The notes under the pieces were generated by a model. That model was not told the DNA's origin. It was given only the letters and a program-made list of their open reading frames with translations, and did not search any database. Position numbers and translations under genes: made by a program. From positions 1-37,184 of the IMG/VR virus record IMGVR_UViG_3300037483_001167: 37,184 nucleotides of DNA. One strand, given 5' to 3'. Source of the DNA: a virus (lineage: Duplodnaviria; Caudoviricetes). Of this stretch, positions 23,718 through 32,743 are shown one piece after another (within the stretch, counting starts at the first letter, position 1; each line of letters opens with the position of its first letter).

Positions 23718-25754
23718 TTAGGCTCCAATGGGTGCTTTGTACCACGCAGCATTCGGCCCGGCGTAGCCGCCAACATTCGGGAAATATCCGGCAAAATGGT
23801 CGCCATCGGCAGCGTTTCGTCCGAGATTCACGCTTGCTGGTGTCCATGCAATCACGCTGCCGGTTACGTCGGTGTCGATGTCTGCCGTGTCAAGCGAAAG
23901 CGCCCAATCTCCCGCCAAACCCTTGACACCTATGGCGTGGGTTGTGCCTGCGGTGAGGGTTGCCACCCCCGAGAGGGTCGTTACGCCGTCGGTGAAGATC
24001 AGGTTGGTGCCGTTGTAGCTCAGTTTGTTGGTGCCGTCGTCAAGCAGCGTCCCGGCCGTGGACGTCGCTGCGGGGATAACCACCAGCTGCAGCTGGGTTC
24101 CGAGGGCGAGCATTGGTGCTGTCAGGTTCGTTGCTGACCTGGGGACCATGGCTCCGGCTGTATCAATCCACGGGCTGGCAAACGCCCCCGCTTCAACTTG
24201 GACCCGTGAGAGCGTCCCTGTGACGGTGCAGGTCAGCGTCCCTGCCGTGGCTGTGACGGTCAGCGGTGAGCCTTCCGTAGCTGTTCCTGTCGCTGTTCCT
24301 GAGACGGTCACGTCCCCGGTGCCGAGAACGTTGATGGTGTACGCCTGCGCCGTCGTCGTGATGTTTTGCGTGACCGGAACAGTAGAATTGAGAAAGAGGT
24401 TCGTCCGCGATGGCCAGTTGGAATACCCGAACGCCGACGCGAACGGCTCTTGATACCACTTCTTTGTGCCGGACCGCGTGGGGATGCTGATTGAGGGTTG
24501 GATGCTATTCGAGGAACGTCTGGCGGCAGCAATCACACCTCCCGCAATGGCCTCTATCTCGTCTCCCAGTAAATCATACCCGGTGTCGTTAGGATGCAGA
24601 CCGTCACCAGAGTCATAGGTAGCAGCTAGTGCCGTACCATCCGCCAGTAGTGAGTACATATCAACAATTGGAATATTTGAAGAAGCTGCGTAGGTGGAAA
24701 GACCACTATTATACGCCAAAGTCTCGACTTGACGGGCTGCGCCCCAGCTTATGAAATTACTCCACGGCCCAATATTGATAAGAACCACAGGCAACGATGC
24801 TGATTGCGCCATCTCTACCATATATATGGTATTTGCAAGCATATCAGTGGCTAGTTGACTCGCCGTTATGTCATTTACGCCCCCCTGTATGATTGCGACA
24901 TTTCGACCAGATACATTAATTACATCTGCCATAAACCGAGCAACCATATCCGACAACTTGTTACCCTGAATCCCGGCATTAACTAACATGGAGTATGGGT
25001 TAATCGTATCGAGCCGTGTTAGGTACCGTCCAGTCGCCGTAAAAGAATCACCCACTGCAACAACATAGGTCACTGGATTTTTCCTGTCGACATAATCCAA
25101 CCACGTCGGGACGACCCGTTTAATGCTTACATCGCCCGTTGATAAGTCGACGGTATCCCCGGTATTTACATTAACCTGAAAATACGCCGTGGTGTCGGCG
25201 GCTGTAATTGTGTAATCAAGTTCATAAGTCCCACTTTCTGAAATAACCACTAAATTTGCTCTGTTCCCTCCCGCCCCGCTTGGGTCGCCGGCAAAGGTAA
25301 CCCTAACAGGCCCACCAGCGTTTATGGTTATGGGAAGTGTCACTCTAAATTTGTCGCCAACGGACACGTCAAAAATGTCAGTAGAAGCACACCCGCCGAT
25401 ATTGGCAGATGTTTCAATTGCCGAAGCGATAGCCCTTCCAACAGATGTTAACGTGTCAAATTTAAACGCCTCGTTTGTGCCGTTATTCCACCCGCTCAAG
25501 GCTTCCGGCCCCAGCGTCGCCCCTTCAGCAACCGTCGTAGCCAGCCGTCCCCCCTCAAGCGCAGGAACCCCCGCAGGAGACGTGACGAGGTTGCCGAGGT
25601 AGTCGGTGGCCGTGAGAGGACCACCGGCGTACGTCGGGGAGTTTTGCAGGAGGTTGAAGAGGTCGGTGACATCCCTGCCCGGCCCCAGCCCTCCCCCCGT
25701 CCCGTTAAGCCGCTGCATCCCCAGACTGTTCAATCTCTGAAACGCTCCCAGCAT
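23718..25754 (-). CDS. Tail spike/fibre-like protein with SGNH/GDSL esterase domain
   Basis: VAVGDSFT, NAGIQG, IIQGGVND, DGLHPN blocks; Thr/Gly-rich beta regions; ATG 25754 has AAGGAG 8 nt upstream. Confidence 0.8.
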   Translation of the reverse strand: MLGAFQRLNSLGMQRLNGTGGGLGPGRDVTDLFNLLQNSPTYAGGPLTATDYLGNLVTSPAGVPALEGGRLATTVAEGATLGPEALSGWNNGTNEAFKFDTLTSVGRAIASAIETSANIGGCASTDIFDVSVGDKFRVTLPITINAGGPVRVTFAGDPSGAGGNRANLVVISESGTYELDYTITAADTTAYFQVNVNTGDTVDLSTGDVSIKRVVPTWLDYVDRKNPVTYVVAVGDSFTATGRYLTRLDTINPYSMLVNAGIQGNKLSDMVARFMADVINVSGRNVAIIQGGVNDITASQLATDMLANTIYMVEMAQSASLPVVLINIGPWSNFISWGAARQVETLAYNSGLSTYAASSNIPIVDMYSLLADGTALAATYDSGDGLHPNDTGYDLLGDEIEAIAGGVIAAARRSSNSIQPSISIPTRSGTKKWYQEPFASAFGYSNWPSRTNLFLNSTVPVTQNITTTAQAYTINVLGTGDVTVSGTATGTATEGSPLTVTATAGTLTCTVTGTLSRVQVEAGAFASPWIDTAGAMVPRSATNLTAPMLALGTQLQLVVIPAATSTAGTLLDDGTNKLSYNGTNLIFTDGVTTLSGVATLTAGTTHAIGVKGLAGDWALSLDTADIDTDVTGSVIAWTPASVNLGRNAADGDHFAGYFPNVGGYAGPNAAWYKAPIGA

Positions 25755-25766
25755 GGACTGCACTCC

Positions 25767-26060
25767 TTACCCGAAGGGGATGATTTCCACCGTGCCGGCG
25801 GCTCCGAAAAACGACAGCCCGCCGCCCGGCGGAATGAAGTCGAAGAATCTCTCGCCCGCCTTCAGGCTCTTCGACGGTGCCGCGCCCGTCGCCGCCGTTC
25901 CGTCGTTGCGGTAACGAATTCCGGATATATCCGTATAGAGACAGACGAACCGATCCGCATAGTCGCCGACGGTCGGCACGGCCGCTCCCGTCATGACGAC
26001 CTCTTCCTGATCCCCGGCCGTGGCGACCGGAACGACCGCATATCCTGTAGGTGGCTGCAT
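25767..26060 (-). CDS. Small virion-associated hypothetical protein (97 aa)
   Basis: ATG 26060 with AAAGGA RBS; IRYRNDGTAAT motif, beta-rich. Confidence 0.65.
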   Translation of the reverse strand: MQPPTGYAVVPVATAGDQEEVVMTGAAVPTVGDYADRFVCLYTDISGIRYRNDGTAATGAAPSKSLKAGERFFDFIPPGGGLSFFGAAGTVEIIPFG

Positions 26061-26121
26061 CGCGTTGATCCTTTCGATTTTTTGGTTAATGGCGGTCCGG
26101 CGCAAAAGCGCTTTTGCACCG

Positions 26122-26715
26122 TTAAAAGTGATGAGAAGCCGCCCGGCGGGGCCGGGCCGAGCGCGACGGCAGCAGGCGGTCCAGCTCCTGGTCCACGTAG
26201 GCCTGAAACGCCGGGTCCACCGCATGGCCCGGGCCGACGGCGGCAGTGCGGACGGTCGCCTCCGTCAGCAACTCGTCCAGCAGATCCGCCCAGGGCAACA
26301 CATCGTCCAGGGCAGTGACCCGATCGGGCAGCCGGTAACCCATCCCCTTGACGGTGATCTCCGTTGCCGGATAGGGGAACAGATAGAGGGTCGAGCCGAC
26401 CCGCTCATAGCGTTGCGGCGTTCCCTCCTTGTCCAGATCGGCGCGTTCCGCCGGGCGCAGGGGCAAGAGAAAAATTCGGGTCGTCCCCGAGACGGCATAG
26501 GGGTCCTCGGCAAAACCCACCACTTCGGCATCGAGGGCCAGAGACACCCCCGCCGGAAATGTCAGCGACAGCGGCGCTTTCACCAGGTCGCTGCGCCGCG
26601 CGGCCAACCGTTTGCCGATACTGCGCACCGCGGCATTGGCGGACTGAAAGATATCCACCCCGGAAGTCTCCTTCAGGCGGGGGAGCACGGCAAACAGCAG
26701 GTCCTGGACGGTCAT
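26122..26715 (-). CDS. Head-completion / adaptor-like protein
   Basis: MTVQDL start, GTPQRY...LYLFPYP motif typical of adaptor proteins; ATGA overlap. Confidence 0.65.
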   Translation of the reverse strand: MTVQDLLFAVLPRLKETSGVDIFQSANAAVRSIGKRLAARRSDLVKAPLSLTFPAGVSLALDAEVVGFAEDPYAVSGTTRIFLLPLRPAERADLDKEGTPQRYERVGSTLYLFPYPATEITVKGMGYRLPDRVTALDDVLPWADLLDELLTEATVRTAAVGPGHAVDPAFQAYVDQELDRLLPSRSARPRRAASHHF

Positions 26716-27335
26716 TTTTTCGACACCTCGTCAACGATCCGTTTCGCTTCGGCAGCCGGCAGGTCGAACTGCTTCTGCAGCTCTTTCGCAGCGCCCCCCT
26801 TCCCGCCTTCCTTCAACAGGCGGGCGGCGACGGCGCGCACCAGGGGATCTTCTCCCGGCTCCGCAAACGCCTCCTCGTCTTCTCCCGGCTCCGCAAACGC
26901 CTCCTCGTCTTCTCCCGTCTCCGGCAACGCCTCGCTTTCGCCTCCTTCGGGAAAGAGGCCCTGCTCGGCCGCTTCTTCGGCGCTCTCCATTATCGGAAAC
27001 GCCTCCTCAACGGAAGCCGCCGCCGCGGGAACGGCGCTCTCGGCCTCGCGCCCCTCGGCGATCCCGACGCTCTCCTCGAAAATCTCCCCGTCCTCCTCGT
27101 CCTCTTCGACGGCGGTCTGCTTCGGAATCATCTTCAGGGCCCTGGCGTGCATTTCGGCCGTCTCTCCGTAGGGGCGGTAGGTCTTCGATCCCATACGCAG
27201 GAAAATGCGGGCATGGTCGTCGTTCTGCACCTCGCAGATGGCGTGCCCCTTCTTGTTCTGGCGGAAAACGTAGTTCACTCCGCCGCGAGTAACCGTGGTG
27301 TCGCCGTCGCGCTCGATCAGGCAATGAATCAGCAT
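26712..27335 (-). CDS. Phage hypothetical protein with acidic repeat tail
   Basis: ATG 27335 with AGGAGG RBS; MLIHCLIERDGDT.V..GGVNYVF...GHAICEV...HA..FL. Confidence 0.75.
   Translation of the reverse strand: MLIHCLIERDGDTTVTRGGVNYVFRQNKKGHAICEVQNDDHARIFLRMGSKTYRPYGETAEMHARALKMIPKQTAVEEDEEDGEIFEESVGIAEGREAESAVPAAAASVEEAFPIMESAEEAAEQGLFPEGGESEALPETGEDEEAFAEPGEDEEAFAEPGEDPLVRAVAARLLKEGGKGGAAKELQKQFDLPAAEAKRIVDEVSKK
26848..26937. repeat. 30-bp in-frame tandem repeat (2 exact copies + 1 degenerate)
   Basis: TCTTCTCCCGGCTCCGCAAACGCCTCCTCG x2, encoding EEAFAEPGED. Confidence 0.9.
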
Positions 27336-27360
27336 GTGTGTCCTCCTGGACTGAGATAGG

Positions 27361-27385
27361 AAAAGAGGGGGGCGCAAGGCCCCCC
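27361..27385 (-). terminator. Intrinsic terminator after the capsid-associated gene
   Basis: GGGGGGC-5 nt-GCCCCCC stem followed by TCTTTT on the minus strand. Confidence 0.65.
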
Positions 27386-27391
27386 GTGCGG

Positions 27392-27841
27392 TCAGGCAGG
27401 TTTATGGAGGAGGCGGACGGTGACATCCGCATCCGTCGTGCCGGTGGTTGCCGGGGTGGTGATCTTCATGGCGATGATCCGGTCGCTGTCGCTGACGGCG
27501 AGCTGCAGTCCGGCGGCCTCCGCCGCGCGGGCCACGCCGCCGGCCTGGGCGACGGTGGTGCCGGTGATCAGGTTCTGTCCCGACTCCAGGTCGTCCCCGG
27601 CGGCGTTGAGGACGCCCACGTCGAAGACGATGTCGGCTCCGGTCGAGCCGTCCTCGGCGATGACGATCAGATCCACCGGCACGTGGCCGGCAGGGAGAAT
27701 GACGAGCTCCCCGAGCTGGTTGTCGGTCTCCAGCTCCGCCTTGAGCAGATTGACAGTTCCGTCATCCGTCACCACGCCGCCGGCGCGGCTGCCACTGATC
27801 CCGACGCCGTTGTTGACGCGGGTGCTTTTCTTGTTGGCCAT
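27392..27841 (-). CDS. Capsid decoration/cement-like protein
   Basis: Directly after the MCP; beta-rich, LPAGHVPVDL...FDVG pattern; AAGGAG RBS. Confidence 0.7.
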   Translation of the reverse strand: MANKKSTRVNNGVGISGSRAGGVVTDDGTVNLLKAELETDNQLGELVILPAGHVPVDLIVIAEDGSTGADIVFDVGVLNAAGDDLESGQNLITGTTVAQAGGVARAAEAAGLQLAVSDSDRIIAMKITTPATTGTTDADVTVRLLHKPA

Positions 27842-27873
27842 GACTGGCTCCTTTCAAAATGAAAATGAGGTAA

Positions 27874-27894
27874 AGGGGGCGAGATCCGCCCCCT
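27874..27894 (-). terminator. Hairpin after the major capsid gene
   Basis: AGGGGGCG/CGCCCCCT stem followed by a T-rich tract on the minus strand. Confidence 0.6.
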
Positions 27895-27910
27895 GCCGTT
27901 ATGTGATCGC

Positions 27911-29008
27911 TCAGGCCTTGGCTGCGGTATCGACGGCCATGATGCCGAAGTCGATGCCGTTGAAGGTGGTCTTCTTGCAGCCCCAGATGCACGACGTGGA
28001 GATGACCGCCTGATTGCCGTTGTCCCGGCTCTCCTCGTACCAGTCGAACCGGAAGCCCGTCCCCGGACTGCCGAACGCCACGCCGCCGGCCTGTTCGCCG
28101 AGGAAGAGCGCCCGGGCTGCGGCCACGTTGCCGCCGCTGCCGTAGTCGGAGAAGCGGATGCCCCCTTTGTGCTGCTGCAGCACCACGCCGTTGTGCATCC
28201 CCAGCCCGCCCTTGACGATGGGGGATTTTTCCCCGACGGCTGCGGCCAGGGACTTCTGGATCTCCAGCCACCCCGTCCCGCCGGTGTCGGCGCGCAGGTC
28301 GCGGGCCTGCCAGGGGTTCATGACCATGACGTAGCGGTCCTCGCCGTTGATCTTGATCGGCTGGATGGACGGAATCTCCGTCGTCTCCCCGCCCATCATG
28401 TCCGCCACCGCCAGGGCCTTGTCGATGACCGTGGTGGACATCGTGTCCGTGGCCGCCAGGGTCGCCTTCACCGTCGCTCCCGGCATCACCAGGTGATCGG
28501 CATCCGGAGCCGAGAGGGCGTTGTTCGCCCGTCCCGTCCAGGAGGTCGGGAGGAGGTAGCCCGCGTTCACTCCGCGGGCGCCCGAGAGGTAGATGAAGAG
28601 GATCTCGTCGAACACCCGTCCCCACCACTCGGCCTGCCGCTTGCGCCCGATCTTGCGCAGGTCGTGCAGGGTGCGCTTGCGCGTCATCTTGCCGCCCGTG
28701 TTCACGCCGGCGCGCATCTGGTCGATCCACACCTGGTCCGTGTAGAAGGTCAGGTCCTCTTCGGTCCCCTCCTGCACGTTGTCCCCCTCGATCGGCTGCT
28801 GTTTGAGCTGCATCGAGAGGTCGTAGGTGATTGTGTCGCCTGCGTCGCTCTCCAACTCGGTCAGCCGGGTGATGGGCATTCCGCTGTCCACGCCTTCGCC
28901 CATGAGCTTGGACGTGAAGAAAGAGTGTTTGGGACTGTCGACGGCCAGGAAGGCGCTGTACTTCTTTACCGCTTTGGGGTCGTTAAGACCGATGATCGTG
29001 CGTGCCAT
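27911..29008 (-). CDS. Major capsid protein, N4-gp56 family (DUF4043-like)
   Basis: MARTIIGLNDPKAVKKYS, ELESDAGDTITYDLSMQL, IDQMRAGV..GGKMTRKRTLHDLR, YLSGARG, ARALFLG.QA, KKTTFNG.DFG. Confidence 0.92.
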   Translation of the reverse strand: MARTIIGLNDPKAVKKYSAFLAVDSPKHSFFTSKLMGEGVDSGMPITRLTELESDAGDTITYDLSMQLKQQPIEGDNVQEGTEEDLTFYTDQVWIDQMRAGVNTGGKMTRKRTLHDLRKIGRKRQAEWWGRVFDEILFIYLSGARGVNAGYLLPTSWTGRANNALSAPDADHLVMPGATVKATLAATDTMSTTVIDKALAVADMMGGETTEIPSIQPIKINGEDRYVMVMNPWQARDLRADTGGTGWLEIQKSLAAAVGEKSPIVKGGLGMHNGVVLQQHKGGIRFSDYGSGGNVAAARALFLGEQAGGVAFGSPGTGFRFDWYEESRDNGNQAVISTSCIWGCKKTTFNGIDFGIMAVDTAAKA

Positions 29009-29050
29009 GGTGATCCTCCTATGGCTTTGGGCGGCCCTCCTGAGCCTGGT

Positions 29051-29314
29051 TTATTTTCGTTTGCCTGGTTCGCTATCGCGTTGAATGGGGATGGATCGGT
29101 CGGCCTCAAGCCGCAGCTGCACGCGGCGCCCTTCCTCCTGGATGCCGCAGACGATGGATTCGCCGATCCGGATCTCGACCTGTTCCCGGGCTCCCACCGT
29201 CAGGCCGAGACGGATCGTCCGCCTGTCCTTGCGGTCGGCCCTGATCGTCACCTGGTCGGGACCTTCCCCGATAGTGACCTGTTCGCCCTGGGCGATGTCG
29301 AGGTAAAGGGCCAA
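29051..29314 (-). CDS. CsrA/RsmA-like small beta protein
   Basis: LYLDIAQGEQVTIGE..VTI...RTIRLGL and IRIGESI...GRRVQLRLEADRSIPIQR parallel CsrA LILTRRVGETLMIGDEVTV...NQVRIGVNAPKEVSVHR; TTG start, GGGAG RBS. Confidence 0.6.
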   Translation of the reverse strand: MALYLDIAQGEQVTIGEGPDQVTIRADRKDRRTIRLGLTVGAREQVEIRIGESIVCGIQEEGRRVQLRLEADRSIPIQRDSEPGKRK

Positions 29315-29315
29315 C

Positions 29316-30182
29316 TCAGGACTCCCGCGTCCAGCGGTCGCGCTGATCGGCCGTCATCCCCGCCACGGCCGCTTCCAGATCCAACCCCTGCAGGTTGTCC
29401 AGGTGGGTGAATTCCCCGCCACCGACATCCGCCGGAGCCGCCGCCGGAGCGGCGCCCAGGGCATGAGTCGCCGGTGCCGGGCGGGGAGAGGCCGGGCGCG
29501 GCGCTCCGGCGGGCAGCTCCGCCTTCGAAGCCGCCTTGTCCGGGCGCACCGAAGCGATCGCCTTGCTGACCCGCTCCTTGGCGGCGTAGATGATCTCGAT
29601 CCCGGTGAGTCCCGCCGACTTCTCGCTCGCCGCCAGGCGCATCACCTCGCCGTTGAGCATATCGCCTAAGGGCGTGCCGCTGCGCCAATCCTTGTTATGG
29701 CGCCAGAACGTCTCGCACTCCGCCGTCCAGAGCTGGGCGTCGGCCTTCTCGTTGGCCATCTGCGCCCTCAGGGCGTCGCGCTGCTCGTTGTACTGGCTCA
29801 GGGGAAGTTCCCCCGCATCGTACTTGGCGTCCAGCTCCTGGAACGATCCCTGAAACGCCGGCAAGATCTTCCCATCGTCCCGAAACTGGAACGATACGGC
29901 CGGGATGCCGGCGGGGACCACGATCTCGTCCAGTTCCGGCAGCACGAAGGCCGATTCGCCCGTCGGGGTTTCGCCCCCGGCCTCGACTCCGGGCTCCTTC
30001 TGTGCGGCAGGCGTTTCGGCCGCGGCCGCTGCGGGCTTGCCGTCCGTTTCGGTTTCCTTTTCGCCCGGTTCCGCTTCTTCCTCTTCGCCGACCACCGCCG
30101 AAAGCAACGCGTCGTCGTTGGTCTCGTCCTCGCCTTCCATGGCCGCCAGTTCGTTCGGGCTCAGCCCTTCGTTCCCTTCCAT
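29316..30182 (-). CDS. Capsid scaffolding protein
   Basis: Acidic, low-complexity N-terminus (GLSPNELAAM), C-terminal GGGEFTHLDNL.G.DLEAAVA.M...QRDRW; between portal and MCP. Confidence 0.8.
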   Translation of the reverse strand: MEGNEGLSPNELAAMEGEDETNDDALLSAVVGEEEEAEPGEKETETDGKPAAAAAETPAAQKEPGVEAGGETPTGESAFVLPELDEIVVPAGIPAVSFQFRDDGKILPAFQGSFQELDAKYDAGELPLSQYNEQRDALRAQMANEKADAQLWTAECETFWRHNKDWRSGTPLGDMLNGEVMRLAASEKSAGLTGIEIIYAAKERVSKAIASVRPDKAASKAELPAGAPRPASPRPAPATHALGAAPAAAPADVGGGEFTHLDNLQGLDLEAAVAGMTADQRDRWTRES

Positions 30183-30210
30183 GCCTCTTCTCCTCCCGGC
30201 TCAGCCGGTA

Positions 30211-30432
30211 TCAGGGGTTCTTGCCTTCGCCCATGTCGACCATCTTCTGATGCTGGTCGCGGCGGGCCTTGTTCTCCTCCAGCCTGCTCTTAGCCATCTT
30301 GCGGCAGGCCTCCATGCGCTTGGGGTCCTTCTTGACCGCCTCGGCCCGGCACAGCGCGTCCAGGTCCCGCTCGATCTCGTACTCCTTTTCGTAATCCACC
30401 CGGGGGTGACTCAATCCGTTCCCTTTGGCCAT
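30211..30432 (-). CDS. Hypothetical protein (73 aa)
   Basis: AAGGAG RBS; E.DLDAL.RAE.VKKDPKRM helix; fills the portal-scaffold gap. Confidence 0.75.
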   Translation of the reverse strand: MAKGNGLSHPRVDYEKEYEIERDLDALCRAEAVKKDPKRMEACRKMAKSRLEENKARRDQHQKMVDMGEGKNP

Positions 30433-30447
30433 GGTGCTACTCCTTCA

Positions 30448-30464
30448 TTCATTAGGATAGTGAA
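30448..30464. promoter_or_regulatory. Operator-like palindrome, copy 3 (TTCATTA-GGA-TAGTGAA)
   Basis: 1 mismatch to consensus; occupies the 36-nt gap after the portal gene. Confidence 0.7.
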
Positions 30465-30468
30465 CAAG

Positions 30469-32736
30469 CTAGACGAAGGTGTCCCCGGTCTCGATCCCTT
30501 CCAGCGCTCCCCGCTGCGGGCTTGCCGGAACGTTGGGCGACGTGTTCGCCTCGATCTGTGCCGCGTCGGGAACGCTCTGCGCCGTAACCCCTTCCGGGTA
30601 GATCTCTCCGGCGTCCTGGTCTTCGAACCCGGCGCTTCGGGCGATGGCGTCGGCCACCGGCGTCACTCCCGGCACCTGCACCGCCGTCTGTGCCGTATTC
30701 ATTGCCGCAAAGAGCGCCTCCACCCGCTTGGCCGTCGCCTGCACTTGCCGCAGGGCCGCATCCGCGTGCTCCTTCAGGGCCCGGCCTTCCAGTAGGGTGA
30801 TCTGAGCGGCCTCCATGCGCTCCTTCTTGGCCGCCGCGATCTTCGCCTGCTCCTGCTCGGCTGCCAGCTCCTCCTCTGAAGTCTCCTTGTCCGGATCGCT
30901 CTGGCCGTTGATCTTGCGGATGCGCGACACCAGCTCATCGCGCTGCGGCACGTCGGAGAGATCGACCACCAGGTCCAGCAAATTGACGGCGATCTTCGGG
31001 TCGAGCCGCGAGAGGAGCTCCATCATCGCCTCGAACATCGCCTGACGGGCGCTCGCCCGGAAAGCCTGCTCATCGATGATGAAGTCCGCCTTGTTTCCCC
31101 AGACGTTCTGCGCCTGCACATCCACGAAAGAGGCGCCCCCCTTGGCTCCCAGAATCCGCACCGCCGTATCGTCCGTGGTGAACTGCTCCAGGTTGCGCAG
31201 CCGCTTCTCGCCGCTGATCTGCAGAGCCAGGCGCAGGTTGTCGAACATGTCCATCGTGGTGGCCTGCCCCTGGTCCTGCTTGGCCAGCACCGCCTTGCCC
31301 GACTGGCTCGAACCGCCCTCCCCGCGCAGCTCCGGCGTCACCCCCGAGATGGAATTGATCAGCCGCACGTCCTCCGCCGCCAGGTTCGTCAACTGCCCGG
31401 CCAACTGGTGGTCCGTCTCGATCTTCAGGGTCTTGCCCTGGACGACCTCGATGATTGCATCCGGGCGGGCCACCTCCTCGGCGTAGGCGTCGATATCGTC
31501 CACCGCCCCCTTTTCCATGATTGTGCGCTTGGTGGCGAGGATGTGCGCCGTCTTGCTGCGCTTCTTGTTGAAATCGTCCTGCGGGTCGCGCAGCTTGCGC
31601 ACCATCCCGTAACACCCGCCGTCACGTTTGCGCCGGTAGCCCCACACCGGGGTAAAGGGATACTGATTGTGCCAGTAGGGGTTCTGGATGCCGTCCTGCA
31701 GTATCGTCCCCGGAACGAAAATCGCCTGTTTCACCACCGTGCGCACCGCGTCATGGGTCGAGACGTGGCCGTTGTCGACCAGCCACTGCTGCAGCGGATC
31801 GTCCGGATTCAACACCGTGCCGTCCCAGGCCCCGTCCCCCCGGATGACCTGCACCGTCGCCGGTTCCCGGTACCAGAACTCCACCAGACACACCCGCTCG
31901 CGTCGGCCGTGCACGTTCCAGCTCTCCTCCGGAGCCGTGCGGATCTTCCCGCGCGGGCTTCCGCTCGGATCGTAGAGATAGGGGTTGTCGTAAAACTCGT
32001 CCGGGTCCTGCTGCGTCAGCGACAACGTGTTTGCCCGGGCGCGCAAAGCGCTTTCGAATTTCGGGAACATCGCCAGGGCAAAGTCCAGATCGACGAACTT
32101 CTCACGAAAAAGATAACGGCAGTCCGACAGGTCGAAGGCCCGCGAAAGAGGGTCGTACCAGATATTGCGCCACGACTCGCCCCGCAGAAAGAGCGGCTCC
32201 TCGTCCGTATCCGAGCGCACGCCCTCCTCCAGCCACCCTAGCCCGGCCACCACCGCATCCCGGAAGGAGGCGCTGATGTGGAACGGGGCGCGGTTCACAT
32301 CCGAGTCCGCCTTGAGCATCGCCGTCTTCTGCTCCGCCGCCGCTCCGAACTCCTTGCGCCGCGGCAGCACCTTGTAATCCACCCGGGAGCGCTTCTCCGT
32401 CCCCGTCACCCAGGCGATGGTCGGAGTGATCAGGTCGAACGTCAACGCCGGCTGTCCGCGCACCACCTCCAGCTCGTAGCGCTCCTCCGGCGTCCACTGG
32501 ATGCCGTCGGCGTAATCCTCATCCAGCGCCATTTCCGCCCGGTTCTCGCTCTGGGCGCTCTTGGCCTGGGCGCGCCACTCCTCCAGACGGTTCAGCAGGC
32601 GCTGTCCCGTCGGCGGACCGGAAGTGGAGCCGTACCCGCCGTCGTGCGTGCCCGCCTTGCCGACGAAGTAGGGCTCGGAAGTCTCCGAATCCCCCGGCAC
32701 GTGCCCCTTCTTGCTCTGGACGTTCTCGAAACTCAT
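30469..32736 (-). CDS. Portal protein (P22-like podovirus family)
   Basis: R.EMALDEDY.DGIQW...RGQPALTFDLI.PTIAWVTGTE, V.AGLGWLE, YPFTPVWGYRR, YGMVR.LRDPQ..FNK.RSK, SGKAV.AKQ.QG. Confidence 0.92.
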   Translation of the reverse strand: MSFENVQSKKGHVPGDSETSEPYFVGKAGTHDGGYGSTSGPPTGQRLLNRLEEWRAQAKSAQSENRAEMALDEDYADGIQWTPEERYELEVVRGQPALTFDLITPTIAWVTGTEKRSRVDYKVLPRRKEFGAAAEQKTAMLKADSDVNRAPFHISASFRDAVVAGLGWLEEGVRSDTDEEPLFLRGESWRNIWYDPLSRAFDLSDCRYLFREKFVDLDFALAMFPKFESALRARANTLSLTQQDPDEFYDNPYLYDPSGSPRGKIRTAPEESWNVHGRRERVCLVEFWYREPATVQVIRGDGAWDGTVLNPDDPLQQWLVDNGHVSTHDAVRTVVKQAIFVPGTILQDGIQNPYWHNQYPFTPVWGYRRKRDGGCYGMVRKLRDPQDDFNKKRSKTAHILATKRTIMEKGAVDDIDAYAEEVARPDAIIEVVQGKTLKIETDHQLAGQLTNLAAEDVRLINSISGVTPELRGEGGSSQSGKAVLAKQDQGQATTMDMFDNLRLALQISGEKRLRNLEQFTTDDTAVRILGAKGGASFVDVQAQNVWGNKADFIIDEQAFRASARQAMFEAMMELLSRLDPKIAVNLLDLVVDLSDVPQRDELVSRIRKINGQSDPDKETSEEELAAEQEQAKIAAAKKERMEAAQITLLEGRALKEHADAALRQVQATAKRVEALFAAMNTAQTAVQVPGVTPVADAIARSAGFEDQDAGEIYPEGVTAQSVPDAAQIEANTSPNVPASPQRGALEGIETGDTFV

Positions 32737-32743
32737 AGGTCCC

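Noticed and set aside
17828-25754. Diversity-generating retroelement or invertible tail cassette
   Set aside because: No reverse transcriptase, invertase or template/variable repeat pair seen in the window
26098-26121. Palindrome CGGCGCAAAAGCGCTTTTGCACCG as another copy of the operator
   Set aside because: Unrelated to the TTCACTA motif, single copy, no U-tract; function unsupported
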